Shown here: piece by piece, positions 26,483 to 40,502 of the stretch
Position numbering within the stretch: position 1 is the stretch's first letter
Layout of the letters: each line of letters starts with the position of its first letter
Origin: Malacoraja senta
Taxonomy: Eukaryota
Reading direction: 5' to 3'
Length of the DNA stretch: 64,000 nucleotides
NCBI GenBank assembly: GCA_038087875.1
Contig: JAXLNO010000611.1
Location: 62,001-126,000 of the forward strand
Made by a program: the position numbers and the translations under genes
Notes under the pieces: generated by a model
What the model saw: only the letters and a program-made list of their open reading frames with translations
What the model was told of the DNA's origin: nothing
Databases searched by the model: none

Positions 26483-28013
26483 TTTAAAAGGAGTGAATTG
26501 GGACATTTTGTTTTATGGGAAGTATGTAGTAAAGAAATGGAGGAATTTAATAGTGAAATTTTAAGAGTACATAATCTTTATGTCCCTGTTCAGTTGAAAG
26601 GAAATAGTAATAATTGGAAAGAGCCATGGTTTTCAAGGGAAATTGGACACGGTTTTGGAAAAAGAGAGATCTACAATAATTATAGGCAGCATGGATTAAA
26701 TGAGGTGCTTGAGGAGTATAAAGAATGCAAAAAGAATCTTAAGAAAGAAATTAGAAAAGCTAAAAGAAGATATGATGTTGCTTTGGCAAGTAAGGTGAAA
26801 GTAAATCCAAAGGGTTTCTACAGTTATATTAATAGCAAAAGGATAACGAGGGATAAAATTGGTCCATTAGAGAGTCAGAGTGGACAGCTATCTGCAGAGC
26901 CAAAAGAGATGGGGGAGATATTGAACAATTTCTTTTCTTCGGTATTCACCAAGGAGAAGGATATTGAATTATGTAAGGTAAGGGAAACAAGTAGAGTAAC
27001 TATGGAAACTGTGAGATTCAAGGAAGAGGAAATACTGACACATGAAAAATATAAAAGTGGATAAGTCTCCAGGTCCTGACAGGATATTCCCTAGGACATT
27101 GAGGGAAGTTAGTGTAGAAATAGCAGGGGCTATGACAGAAATATTTCAAATGTCATTTGAAACAGGAATGGTGCCGGAGGATTGGCGTACTGCGCATGTT
27201 GTTCCATTGTTTTAAAGGGTTCTAAGAGTAAACCTAGCAATTATAGACCTGTTAGTTTGACGTCAGTGGTGGGCAAATTAATGGAAAGGATACTTAGAGA
27301 TAATATATATAAGCATCTGGATAAACAGGGTCTCATTAGGAACAGTCAACGTGGATTTGTGCCTGTTGTGCCATGTTTGACTAATTTTCTTGAATTATTT
27401 GAAGAGGTTACGGGGGTATTTATGAGGGTAAAGCGGTGGATGTTGTCCATATGGACTTCAGTAAGGCCTTTGACAAGGTTCCACATGGAAGTTTGGCTAA
27501 GAAGGTTCAATTGTTGGGTATTAATGGAGGAGTAGCAAGATGGATTCAACAGTGCCTGAATGGGAGATGCCAGTGAGTAATGGTGGATGGCTGTTTGTCA
27601 GGTTGGAGGCCGGTGACTAGTGGGGTGCCTCAGGGATCTGTGTTCGGTCCACTGTTGTTTGTCATATACATCAATGATCTGGATGATGGTGTGGTAAATT
27701 GGATTAGTAAGTATGCAGATACTAAGATAGGTGGTGTTGTGGATAATGAAGTAGATTTTCAAAGTCTACAGAGAGATTTAGGCCATTTGGAAGAGTGGGC
27801 TGAAAGATGGCAGATGGAGTTTAATGCTGATAAGTGTGAGGTGCTACATCTTGGCAGGACAAAGCAAAATAGGACGTACATGGTAAATGGTAGCAAATTG
27901 AGGAATGCAGTTGAACAGAGGGATCTAGGAATAACTGTGAATAGTTCCCGGAAGGTAGAATCTCATGTAGATAGGGTGGTAAAGAAAGCTTTTGGTGTGC
28001 TGACTTTTATAAA
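26483..28013 (+). mobile_element. CR1 LINE fragment (family a, copy 1; truncated at both ends)
   Basis: [71 protein letters not shown]. Homology to copy 2 stops at TTTTATAAA (28013). Confidence 0.93.
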
Positions 28014-28035
28014 CCTGGGGGACTGAATTTACGTC

Positions 28036-29098
28036 AAAATCGAAGTAAATGCAGGATGCAAAAAGCGACAAAAGTTCAGGATGCATGAAGTGACAAAATA
28101 TCAGGACACGAAAAGCGACAAAATTTTCGCACACAAAAAGCGACGAAAATTCAGCACGCAAAAAGCGGACAATTCTGCACTCAAAAAGTAACAAAAATTC
28201 AGGACACAACAAGCGACGAAATTACAGGATGCAAAATGCGACGAAATTTCAGGACGCAAAATACGACGAAATTTCAGGACACAAAATGCGATTATATTTC
28301 AGGACGCAAAATGCGACGAACCTCAGGACGGGATAAGCGACGAAAATTCAGCACGCGAAAACGACAAAAATTCTGCACTTTAAAATGAAAATTCAGGACA
28401 CGAAAGACGACCAAAAATTCAAAACTTCAAAAGCGACGTAAATTCAGGACGCGAAAAGCAACGAAAATTCAGGATGAGAAAAGCGACAAAAAAAAGAGAA
28501 ACGTGATGAAATTTCAGCACACGAAAAGCACCGAAAATTCAGCACACAAAAGGCAACGAAAATTCAGCACGTGAAAAGTGCCGAAAATTCAGCACGCGAA
28601 AAGACACAAACCTTCAGGATGTGAAAAGCGATGAAAATTCAGCACGCGTAATGTGATGAAATTTCAGCGTGAAAAGCAATGAAAATTCAGCACGCAAAAA
28701 TCGACAAAAATTCAGAACACGAAAAGTGACAAAAATTCACGACGCGAAAAGGGAAGAAATTTCAGGACGTCAAATGTGACAACAATTCAGGACGGAAAAA
28801 ACGATGAAATTTCAGGACGTGAAAAGCGACAACATTTCAGCACACGAAAGGCGACGAAAATTCAGCACATGAAGCGACGAACATTCAGCAAGCGAAAAGC
28901 GATGAAAATTCAACACACGTAAAGTGATGAAAATTCAGGACGCGAAAGGCGACGAAAATTCTAAAAGCCGAAAGTGATATAAATTCACGACGCGAAAGTG
29001 ACGAACAGGACGCATAAAGCGACAAAAGTTCAGAACGCGAAAAGCGACGAAATGTCAGCACAGGAAAAGCGACGAAAATTCAGCATGCAAATTCAGCA
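28036..29098 (+). repeat. Satellite A, duplicate of ~25580-26482
   Basis: Same order of monomer variants as upstream of CR1 copy 1, and the same satellite/CR1 junction (offset ~2616 bp). Confidence 0.9.
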
Positions 29099-31253
29099 TT
29101 TTAAAGGAGTGAATTGGGACATTTTGTTTTATGGGAAATATGTAGTAGAGAAATGGAGGAATTTAATAGTGAAATTTTAAGAGTACATAATCTTTATGTC
29201 CCTGTTCGGTTGAAAGGAAATAGTAATAATTGGAAAGAGCCATGGTTTTCAAGGGAAATTGGACACGGTTTTGGAAAAAGAGAGATCTACAATAATTATA
29301 GGCAGCATGGAGTAAATGAGGTGCTTGAGGAGTATAAATAATGTAAAAAGAATCTTAAGAAAGAAATTAGAAAAGCTAAAAGAAGATATGTGGTTGCTTT
29401 GGCAAGTAAGGTGAAAGTAAATCCAAAGGGTTTCTACAGCTATATTAATAGCAAAAGGATAACGAGGGATAAAATTGGTCCATTAGAGAGTCAGAGTGGA
29501 CAGCTATCTGCAGAGCCAAAAGAGATGGGGGAGTTATTGAACAATTTCTTTTCTTCGGTATTCACCAAGGAGAAGGATATTGAATTATGTAAGGTAAGGG
29601 AAACAAGTAGAGTAACTATGGAAACTGTGAGATTCAAGGAAGAGGAAATACTGACACATGAAAAATATAAAAGTGGATAAGTCTCCAGGTCCTGACAGGA
29701 TATTCCCTAGGACATTGAGGGAAGTTAGTGTAGAAATAGCAGGGGCTATGACAGAAATATTTCAAATGTCATTAGAAACGGGAATGATGCCGGAGGATTG
29801 GCGTGCTGCGCATGTTGTTCCATTGTTTAAAAGGGTTCTAAGAGTAAACCTAGCAATTATAGACCTGTTAGTTTGACGTCAGTGGTGGGCAAATTAATGG
29901 AAAGGATACTTAGAGATAATATATTTAAGCATCTGGATAAACAGTGTCTCATTAGGAACAGTCAACATGGATTTGTGCCTGTTGTGCCATGTTTGACTAA
30001 TTTTCTTGAATTTTTTGAAGAGGTTACGGGGGAAATTTATGAGGGTAAAGCGGTGGATGTTGTCTATATGGACTTCAGTAAGGCCTTTGACAATGTTCCA
30101 CATGGAAGGTTGGTTAAGAAGGTTCAATTGTTGGGTATTAATGGAGGAGTACCAAGATGGATTCAACAGTGGCTGAATGGGAGATGCCAGCGAGTAATAG
30201 TGGATGGCTGTTTGTCAGGTTGGAGGCCGGTGACTAGTGGGGTGCCTCAGGGATCTGTGTTGGGTCCACTGTTGTTTGTCATATACATCAATGATCTGGA
30301 TGTTGGTGTGGTAAATTGGATTAGTAAGTATGCAGACACTAAGATAGGTGGTGTTGTGCACAATGAAGTAGATTTTCAAAGTCTACAGAGAGATTTAGGC
30401 CATTTGGAACAGTGGGCTGAAAGATGGCAGATGGAGTTTAATGCTGATAAGTGTGAGGTGCTACATCTTGGCAGGACAAAGCAAAATAGGACGAACATGG
30501 GAAATGGTAGCGAATTGAGGAATGCAGATGAACAGAGGGATCTAGGAATAACTGTGCATAGTTCCCGGAAGTTAGAATCTCATGTAGATAGGGTGATAAA
30601 GAAAGCTTTTGGTGTGCTGGCTTTTATAAATCAGAGCTTTGAGTATAGAAGTTGGGATATAATGTTAAAATTGTACAAGGCATTGGTGAGGCCAATTCTG
30701 GAGTATGGTGTACAATTTTGGTCGACAAATTATAGGAAAGATGTCAAAAAGATAGAGAGAATACAGAGGAGATTTACTCGAATGTTGCCTGGGTTTCAGC
30801 AACTAAGTTACAGAGAAAGGTTGAACAAGTTAGGTCTTTATTCTTTGGAGCGCAGAAGGTTAAGGGAGGGACTTGATGGACGTCTTCAAAAAGATGAGAG
30901 GGATAGACAGAGTTGACGTGGATACGCTTTTTCCATTGAGAGTAGGGAAGATTCAAACAAGAGGACATGATTTGAGAATTAAGGGACAGAAATTTAGGGG
31001 TAACATGAGGGGCAACTTCTTTACTCAGAGGGGTAGCTCTGCGGAATGAGTTTCCAGTGGAAGTGGTGGAGGCAGCTTCGATTTTATAATTTTAAAATAA
31101 ATTGGATAGGTATATGGATGGGAAAGGAATGGAGGGTTATGGCCTGAATGCAGGTAGATGGGACTAGGTGAGAATAAGTGTTCGGCACGGACTAGAAGGG
31201 CCGAGATGGCCTGTTTCCATGCTGTAATTGTTATATAGTTATATGGTTATATG
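29099..31253 (+). mobile_element. 5'-truncated CR1 LINE (family a, copy 2) with 3' end
   Basis: RT ORF 29873-30916 ([40 protein letters not shown]). 3' UTR ends GGGCCGAGATGGCCTGTTTCCATGCTGTAATT plus a short (GTTATATR)n tail. Confidence 0.95.
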
Positions 31254-34200
31254 CAAAAGCGACAGAAATTCAGCACGCGAAAAGCGAGGAACCTTCAGGA
31301 CGTGAAAAGCAACAAAAATTCAGCACGCGATCAGTGACAAAAATTCAGCTCAGGAAAAGTGACTAAAATTCAGGACGCAAGAGGCGACAAAAATTCAAAA
31401 CGCCAAAAGCGACATAAATTCACGACGCGAAAAGCGATGAAAATTGAGGACGAGAATTACTAAATATCAGGACGCAAAAAGCAACGAAATTTCAGCACAT
31501 GAAAAGTGACGACTATTCAGCATGTGAAAAGCAACGGAAATTCAGGCGCGAAAATCGACAAAACTTCAGGACGCGAAAAGCAACAAAATTTCAGCACATG
31601 AAAAGCGACGAAAATTCAGCACGCGAAAAGTATTGAAAATTCAGGGTGCAAAACGTGACGAATATTCAAAACGCCAAAAGCGACGTAAATTCAGGACACG
31701 AAAAGCATCAAAAGTTCAGAACACATGACGCGACAAAATTTCAGGACACGAAAAGCAACGCAATTTTACCACATGTAAAGCTACGAAAATTGTGCTAAAT
31801 TCAAGTGATAAATTCTGAACACAAAAAGTAACAAAAATTCAGGACACGAAAAATGACAAAATTTCAGGATGCAAAATGCGACAAAATTTCAGGACGTGAA
31901 AAGCGACGAAATTTCAGCACATGAAAAGCGACGAAAATACTGCACGTGAAAAGTACCGAAAATACAGCACACGAAAAGAGACGAACCTTCAGGACACGAT
32001 AAGCGATGAAAATTCAGCACACAATAGTGAAGAAAATTCAGGACGTGAAAAGCAAAGAAATCTCAGGTCCTGAAATGTGACAAAAATTCAGGATGGAAAA
32101 AGCGATGAAATTTAAGGACGTGAAAAGCGTCAACATTTCAGCACACGAAAGGCAACGAAAATTCAGCACACGAAGTGACGAAAATTCAGGACACGAAAAG
32201 CGACAAAAATTTAGGACGCATAAAGCGACGCAATTTCAGGACGTGAAAAGCAACAAAATTTCAGCACACGAAAAGCGACGAAAATTCAGCCTGCTAAAAG
32301 TGATGAAAATTCAGCACGCGGAAATTGACAAACCTTCAGGATGCAAAAAGCGACGAAAATTGAACACGCGATGTGCGACTAAAATTCCGCACACGAAAAT
32401 GACAAAAATTCAGGACGCAAAATGCAACAAAATTTCAGCACATGAAAAGCTACAAAATTTCAGGACGCGAAAAGCAACGAAATTTCTGGACATGAAAAAG
32501 CGATGAAATTTCAGGACGTGAAAAGCGACAACATTTCAGCACACGAAAGGCAACGAAAATTCAGCACACGAAAAGCGATGAAAATTCAGCACATGAAAAG
32601 TGACTAAAATTTAGGATGCCAGAGGCGACAAAAATTCAAAACGGCAAAAGCGATATAGATTCAGGACGTGAAAAGCGACGAAAATTCAGGACGAGAAGGC
32701 AACAATATTTCAGGATGCAAAAAGCAAAACAATTTCAGCACATGAAAAGTGACGAAAATTCAGCATGTGAAACGCAACGAAAATTCAGGATGCGAAAATA
32801 GACAAAACTTCAGGACATGAAAAGCGACGAAATTTCAGCACACGAAAAGCGACGAAAATTCAGCACGTGAAAAGTGATGAAAATTCAGGATGCAAAAGGC
32901 GACGAAAATTCAAAACACAAAAAGCAACGTAATTTCAGGATGCGAAAAGCGATAAAAGTTCAGAACACATGAAGCGACAACATTTCAGGACATGAAAAGC
33001 AACGCAATTTTAGCACATGAAAAGCTACGAAAATTCAGCACACAAAAAGTAACAAAAATTCAGGACACGAAAAATGACAAAATTTCTGGACGCAAAATGT
33101 GACTAAATTTCAGGACATGAAAGGTGACAAAATTTCAACACATGAATAGCGACGAAAATTCTGCACGTTAAAAGCGCTGAAAATTCAGCACGCGAAAAGT
33201 GACGAACCTTCAGGACACGAAAAGCGACTAAAATTCAGCGCGTGAAACATGGCGAAAATTCAGCACACATAAAGTGACGCAATTTCAGGACGTGAAAGGT
33301 GACGAAATTTGAGCACACAAAAAGCGATGAAAATTCAGCATGTGAAAAGCGAAGAAAACTCAGCATGCGAAGAGCGACGAAAATTCCGCACACGAAAACG
33401 AGAAGAAAATTCAGGATGCGAAATGCAACGAAATTCAGCACATGAAATGCGACAAAAATTCAGGATGCAAAATGCGACAACATTTCAGGACGTGAAAAGC
33501 GACGAAATTTCAGCACATGAAAAGCGACGAAAATACTGCATGTGAAAATACCGAAAATACAGCACACGAAAAGAGACGAACCTTCAGGACACGATAAGCG
33601 ATGAAAATTCAGCACACAATAGTGAAAAAAATTCAGGACGTGAAAAGCGAAGAAATCTCAGGACCTGAAATGTGACAAAAATTCAGGATGGAAAAAGCGA
33701 TGAAATTTAAGGACGTGAAAAGCGTCAACATTTCAGCACACGAAAGGCAGCGAAAATTCAGCACACGAAGTGACGAAAATGCAGGACACAAAAGCGACAA
33801 AAATTTAAGACGCATAAAGCGACACTATTTCAGGACGTGAAAAGCAACAACATTTCAGCACACGAAAAGCGACGAAAATTCAGCCTGCTAAAAGTGATGA
33901 AATTTCAGCACGCGGAAATTGACAAACCTTCAGGATGCAAAAAGCGACGAAAATTGAACACGCGATGTGCGACTAAAATTCCGCACACGAAAATGACAAA
34001 AATTCAGGACGCAAAATGCAACAAAATTTCAGGACGTGAAAAGCAACAAAATTTCAGCACAAGAAAAGCATGCGAAAAGCGACGAACCTTCAGGACGCGA
34101 TAAGCGATGAACCTTCAAGACGCGAAAAATGAAGAAAATTCAGAACACGAAAAGTGACGAAAATTCAGCACACAAAATGTGATGAAAATTCAGCACATGA

Positions 34201-37200
34201 AAAGCTACAAAAAAAGCAACGAAATTTCTGGACATAAAAAAGCGATGAAATTTCAGGACGTGAAAAGCGACAACATTTCAGCACACGAAAGGCAACGAAA
34301 ATTCAGCACACGAAAAGCGACGAAAATTCAGCACGTGAAAAGTGATGAAAATTCAGGATGCAAAAGGCGATGAAAATTCGAAACGCAAAAAGCGACGTAA
34401 TTTCAGGATGCGAAAAGCGCTAAAAGTTCAGAACACATGAAGCGACAACATTTCAGGACACGAAAAGCAACGCAATTTTAGCACATGAAAAGCAACGAAA
34501 ATTCAGCACACAAAAAGTGACATAAATTCAGGACACGAAAAATGACAACATTTCAGGACGCAAAATGCGACAAAATTTCAGGACATGAAAGGTGACAAAA
34601 TTTCAACACATGAATAGCGACGAAAATTCTGCACGTGACAAGCGCTGAAAATTCAGCACGCGAAAAGTGACGAACCTTCAGGACACGAAAAGCGACTAAA
34701 ATTCAGCGCGTGAAACACGGCGAAAATTCAGCACACATAAAGCGACGTAAATTCAGGATGCATAAAGTGAGGAAATTTCAGCACACAAAAAGCGATGAAA
34801 ATTCAGCATGTGAAAAGCGAAGAAAACTCAGCAACGAGAAAAAAATTCAGGACGCGAAATGCAACGAAATTCAGCACATGAAATGCGACAAAAATTCAGG
34901 ATGCAAAATGCGACAAGATTTCAGGACGTGAAAAGCGACGAAATTTCAGCACATGAAAAGCGACGAAAATAGTGCATGTGAAAAGTACCGAAAATACAGC
35001 ACACGAAAAGAGACGAACCTTCAGGACACGATAAGCGATGAAAATTCAGCACACAATAGTGAAAAAAATTCAGGACGTGAAAAGCGAAGAAATCTCAGGA
35101 CCTGAAATGTGACAAAAATTCAGGATGGAAAAAGCGATGAAATTTAAGGACGTGAAAAGCGTCAACATTTCAGCACACGAAAGGCAACGAAAACTCAGCA
35201 CACGAAGTGACGAAAATTCAGGACACGAAAAGCGACAAAAAATTAGGACGCATAAAGCGACGCAATTTCAGCATGTGAAAAGCAACAAAATTTCAGCACA
35301 CGAAAAGCGACGAAAATTCAGCCTGCTAAAAGTGATGAAAATTCGGCACGCGGAAATTGACAAACCTTCAGGATGCAAAAAGCGACGAAAATTGAACACG
35401 CGATGTGTGACTAAAATTCCGCACACGAAAATGAGAAAAATTCAGGACGCAAAATGCAACAAAATTTCAGGACGTGAAAAGCAACAAAATTTCAGCACAA
35501 GAAAAGCATGCGAAAAGCGACGAACCTTCAGGACGCGATAAGCGATGAACCTTCAAGACGCGAAAAGTGAAGAAAATTCAGAACACGAAAAGTGATGAAA
35601 ATTCAGCACACAAAATGTGATGAAAATTCAGCACATGAAAAGCTACAAAATTTCAGGACGCGAAAAGCAACGAAATTTCTGGACATGAAAAAGTGATGAA
35701 ATTTCAGGACGTGAAAAGCGACAACATTTCAGCACACGAAAGGCAATGAAAATTCAGCACACGAAAAGCGATGAAAATTCAGCACATGAAAAGTGACTAA
35801 AATTTAGGATGCAAGAGGTGACAAAAATTCAAAACGGCAAAAGCGATATAGATTCAGGACGTGAAAAGCGACGAAAATTCAGGACGAGAAGGCAACAATA
35901 TTTCAGGATGCAAAAAGCAAAACAATTTCAGCACATGAAAAGTGACGAAAATTCAGCATGTGAAACGCAACGAAAATTCAGGATGCGAAAATAGACAGAA
36001 CTTCAGGACATGAAAAGCGACGAAATTTCAGCACACGAAAAGCGACGAAAATTCAGCACGTGAAAAGTGATGAAAATTCAGGATGCAAAAGGCGACGAAA
36101 ATTCAAAACACAAAAAGCAACGTAATTTCAGGATGCGAAAAGCGATAAAAGTTCAGAACACATGAAGCGACAACATTTCAGGACACGAAAAGCAACGCAA
36201 TTTTAGCACATGAAAAGCTACGAAAATTCAGCACACAAAAAGTAACAAAATTTCAGGACACGAAAAATGACAAAATTTCTGGACGCAAAATGCGACTAAA
36301 TTTCAGGACATGAAAGGTGACAAAATTTCAACACATGAATAGCGCCAAAAATTCTGCACGTTAAAAGCGCTGAAAATTCAGCACGCGAAAAGTGACGAAC
36401 CTTCAGGACACGAAAAGCGACTAAAATTCAGCGCGTGAAACACGGCGAAAATTCAGCACACATAAAGCGACGTAAATTCAGGATGCATAAAGTGAGGACA
36501 TTTCAGCACACAAAAAGCGATGAAAATTCAGCATGTGAAAAGCGAAGAAAACTCAGCATTCGTAGAGCGACGAAAATTCCGCACACGAAAACGAGAAAAA
36601 AATTCAGGACGCGAAATGCAACGAAATTCAGCACATGAAATGCGACAAAAATTCAGGATGCAAAATGCGACAAGATTTCAGGACGTGAAAAGCGACGAAA
36701 ATAGTGCATGTGAAAAGTACCGAAAATACAGCACACGAAAAGAGACGAACCTTCAGGACACGATAAGCGATGAAAATTCAGCACACAATAGTGAAAAAAA
36801 TTCAGGACGTGAAAAGCGAAGAAATCTCAGGACCTGAAATGTGACAAAAATTCAGGATGGAAAAAGCGATGAAATTTAAGGACGTGAAAAGCGTCAACAT
36901 TTAAGCACACGAAAGGCAACGAAAACTCAGCACACGAAGTGACGAAAATTCAGGACACGAAAAGCGACAAAAAATTAGGACGCATAAAGCGACGCAATTT
37001 CAGCACGTGAAAAGCAACAAAATTTCAGCACACGAAAAGCGACGAAAATTCAGCCTGCTAAAAGTGATGAAAATTCGGCACGCGGAAATTGACAAACCTT
37101 CAGGATGCAAAAAGCGACGAAAATTGAACACGCGATGTGTGACTAAAATTCCGCACACGAAAATGAGAAAAATTCAGGACGCAAAATGCAACAAAATTTC

Positions 37201-40200
37201 AGGACGTGAAAAGCAACAAAATTTCAGCACAAGAAAAGCATGCGAAAAGCGATGAACCTTCAAGACGCGAAAAGTGAAGAAAATTCAGAACACGAAAAGT
37301 GATGAAAATTCAGCACACAAAATGTGATGAAAATTCAGCACATGAAAAGCTACAAAATTTCAGGACGCGAAAAGCAACGAAATTTCTGGACATGAAAAAG
37401 CGATGAAATTTCAGGACGTGAAAAGCGACAACATTTCAGCACACGAAAGGCAACGAAAATTCAGCACACGAAAAGCGATGAAAATTCAGCACATGAAAAG
37501 TGACTAAAATTTAGGATGCAAGAGGTGACAAAAATTCAAAACGGCAAAAGCGATATAGATTCAGGACGTGAAAAGCGACGAAAATTCAGGACGAGAAGGC
37601 AACAATATTTCAGGATGCAAAAAGCAAAACAATTTCAGCACATGAAAAGTGACGAAAATTCAGCATGTGAAACGCAACGAAAATTCAGGATGCGAAAATA
37701 GACAGAACTTCAGGACATGAAAAGCGACGAAATTTCAGCACACGAAAAGCGACGGAAATTCAGCACGTGAAAAGTGATGAAAATTCAGGATGCAAAAGGC
37801 GACGAAAATTCAAAACACAAAAAGCAACGTAATTTCAGGATGCGAAAAGCGATAAAAGTTCAGAACACATGAAGCGACAACATTTCAGGACACGAAAAGC
37901 AACGCAATTTTAGCACATGAAAAGCTACGAAAATTCAGCACACAAAAAGTAACAAAAATTCAGGACACGAAAAATGACAAAATTTCTGGACGCAAAATGC
38001 GACTAAATTTCAGGACATGAAAGGTGACAAAATTTCAACACATGAATAGCGCCGAATATTCTGCACGTTAAAAGCGCTGAAAATTCAGCACGGGAAAAGT
38101 GACGAACCTTCAGGACACGAAAAGCGACTAAAATTCAGCGCGTGAAACACGGCGAAAATTCAGCACACATAAAGCGACGTAAATTCAGGATGCATAAAGT
38201 GACGAAATTTCAGGACGTGAAAGGTGACGAAATTTCAGCACACAAAAAGCGATGAAAATTCAGCATGTGAAAAGCGAAGAAAACTCAGCATGCAAAGAGC
38301 GACGAAAATTCCGCACATGAAAACGAGAAAAAAATTCAGGACGCGAAATGCAACAAAATTCAGCACATGAAATGCGACAAAAATTCAGGATGCAAAATGC
38401 GACAAAATTTCAGGACCTGAAAAGCGACGAAATTTCAGCACATGAAAAGCGACGAAAATGCTGCACGGGAAAAGTACTGAAAATACAGCACACGAAAAGA
38501 GACAAACCTGCAGGACACGATAAGCGATGAAAATTCAGCACACAATAGTGAAAAAAATTCAGGACGTGAAAAGCGAAGAAATCTCAGGTCCTGAAATGTG
38601 ACAAAAATTCAGGATGGAAAAAGCGATGAAATTTAAGGACGTGAAAAGCGTCAACATTTCAGCACACGAAAGGCAACGAAAATTCAGCACACGAAGTGAC
38701 GAAAATTCATGACACGAAAAGCGACAAAAATTTAGGACGCATAAAGCGACGCAATTTCAGGACGTGAAAAGCAACTAAATTTCAGCACAAGAAAAGCATG
38801 CGAAAAGCGACGAACCTTCAGGACGCGATAAGCGATGAACCTTCAAGACGCGAAAAATGAAGAAAATTCAGAACACGAAAAGTGAAGAAAATTCAGCACA
38901 CAAAATGTGATGAAAATTCAGCACATGAAAAGCTACAAAATTTCAGGACGCGAAAAGCAACGAAATTTCTGGACAGGAAAAAGCGATGAAATTTCAGGAC
39001 GTGAAAAGCGACAACATTTCAGCACACGAAAGGCAACGAAAATTCAGCACAGGAAAAGCGATGAAAATTCAGCACATGAAAAGTGACTAAAATTTGGGAT
39101 GCAAGAGGCGACAAAAATTCAAAACGGCAAAAGCGATATAGATTCAGGACGTGAAAAGCGACGAAAATTCAGGACGAGAAGGCAACAATATTTCAGGATG
39201 CAAAAAGCAAAACAATTTCAGCACATGAAAAGTGACGAAAATTCAGCATGTGAAACGCAACGAAAATTCAGGATGCGAAAATTGACAAAACTTCACGACA
39301 CGAAAAGCGACGAAATTTCTGCACACGAAAAGCGACGAAAATTCAGCACATGAAAAGTGATGAAAATTCAGGATGCAAAAGGCGACGAAAATTCAAAACG
39401 CAAAAAGCGACGTAATTTCAGGATGCGAAAAGCGATAAAAGTTCAGAACACATGAAGCGACAACATTTCAGGACACGAAAAGCAACGCAATTTTAGCACA
39501 TGAAAAGCTACAAAAATTCAGCACACAAAAGTAACAAAAATTCAGGACACGAAAAATGACAAAATTTCAGGGCGCAAAATGCGACTAAATTTAAGGACAT
39601 GAAAGGTGACAAAATTTCAACACATGAATAGCGATGAAAATTCTGCACGTGAAAAGCGCTGAAAATTCAGCACGCCAAAAGTGACGAACCTTCAGGACAC
39701 GAAAAGCGACTAAAATTCAGAGCGTGAAACACGGCGAAAATTCAGCACACATAAAGCGATGTAAATTCAGGATGCATAAAGTGATGAAATATCAGGACGT
39801 GAAAGGTGAGGAAATTTCAGCACACAAAAAGCGATGAAAATTCAGCATGTGAAAAGCGAAGAAAACTCAGCATTCAAAGAGCGACGAAAATTCCGCACAA
39901 GAAAACGTGAAAAAAATTCAGGACGCGAAATGCAACGAAATTCAGCACATGAAATGCGACAAAAATTCAGGATGCAAAATGCGACAACATTTCAGGACGT
40001 GAAAAGCGACGAAATTTCAGCACATGAAAAGCGACGAAAATACTGCATGTGAAAAGTACCGAAAATACAGCACACAAAAAGAGACGAACCTTCAGGACAC
40101 GATAAGTGATGAAAATTCAGCACAGAATAGTGAAAAAAATTCAGGACATGAAAAGCGAAGAAATCTCAGGACCTGAAATGTGACAAAAATTCAGGATGGA

Positions 40201-40502
40201 AAAAGCGATGAAATTTAAGGACGTGAAAAGCGTCAACATTTCAGCACACGAAAGGCAACGAAAATTCAGCACACGAAGTGACGAAAATTCAGGACACGAA
40301 AAGCGACAAATATTTAGGACGCATAATGCGACGCAATTTCAGGACGTGAAAAGCAACAAAATTTCAGCACACAAAAAGCGACGAAAATTCAGCCTGCTAA
40401 AAGTGATGAAAATTCAGCACGTGGAAATTGACAAACCTTCAGGATGCAAAAAGCGACGAAAATTGAACACGCGATGTGCGACTAAAATTCCACACATGAA
40501 AA
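31254..40502 (+). repeat. Satellite A, homogeneous ~1.4-1.76 kb higher-order repeat domain
   Basis: Marker TCTCAGG(A/T)CCTGAAATGTG at 32061, 33656, 35093, 36825, 38582, 40164. Confidence 0.97.
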
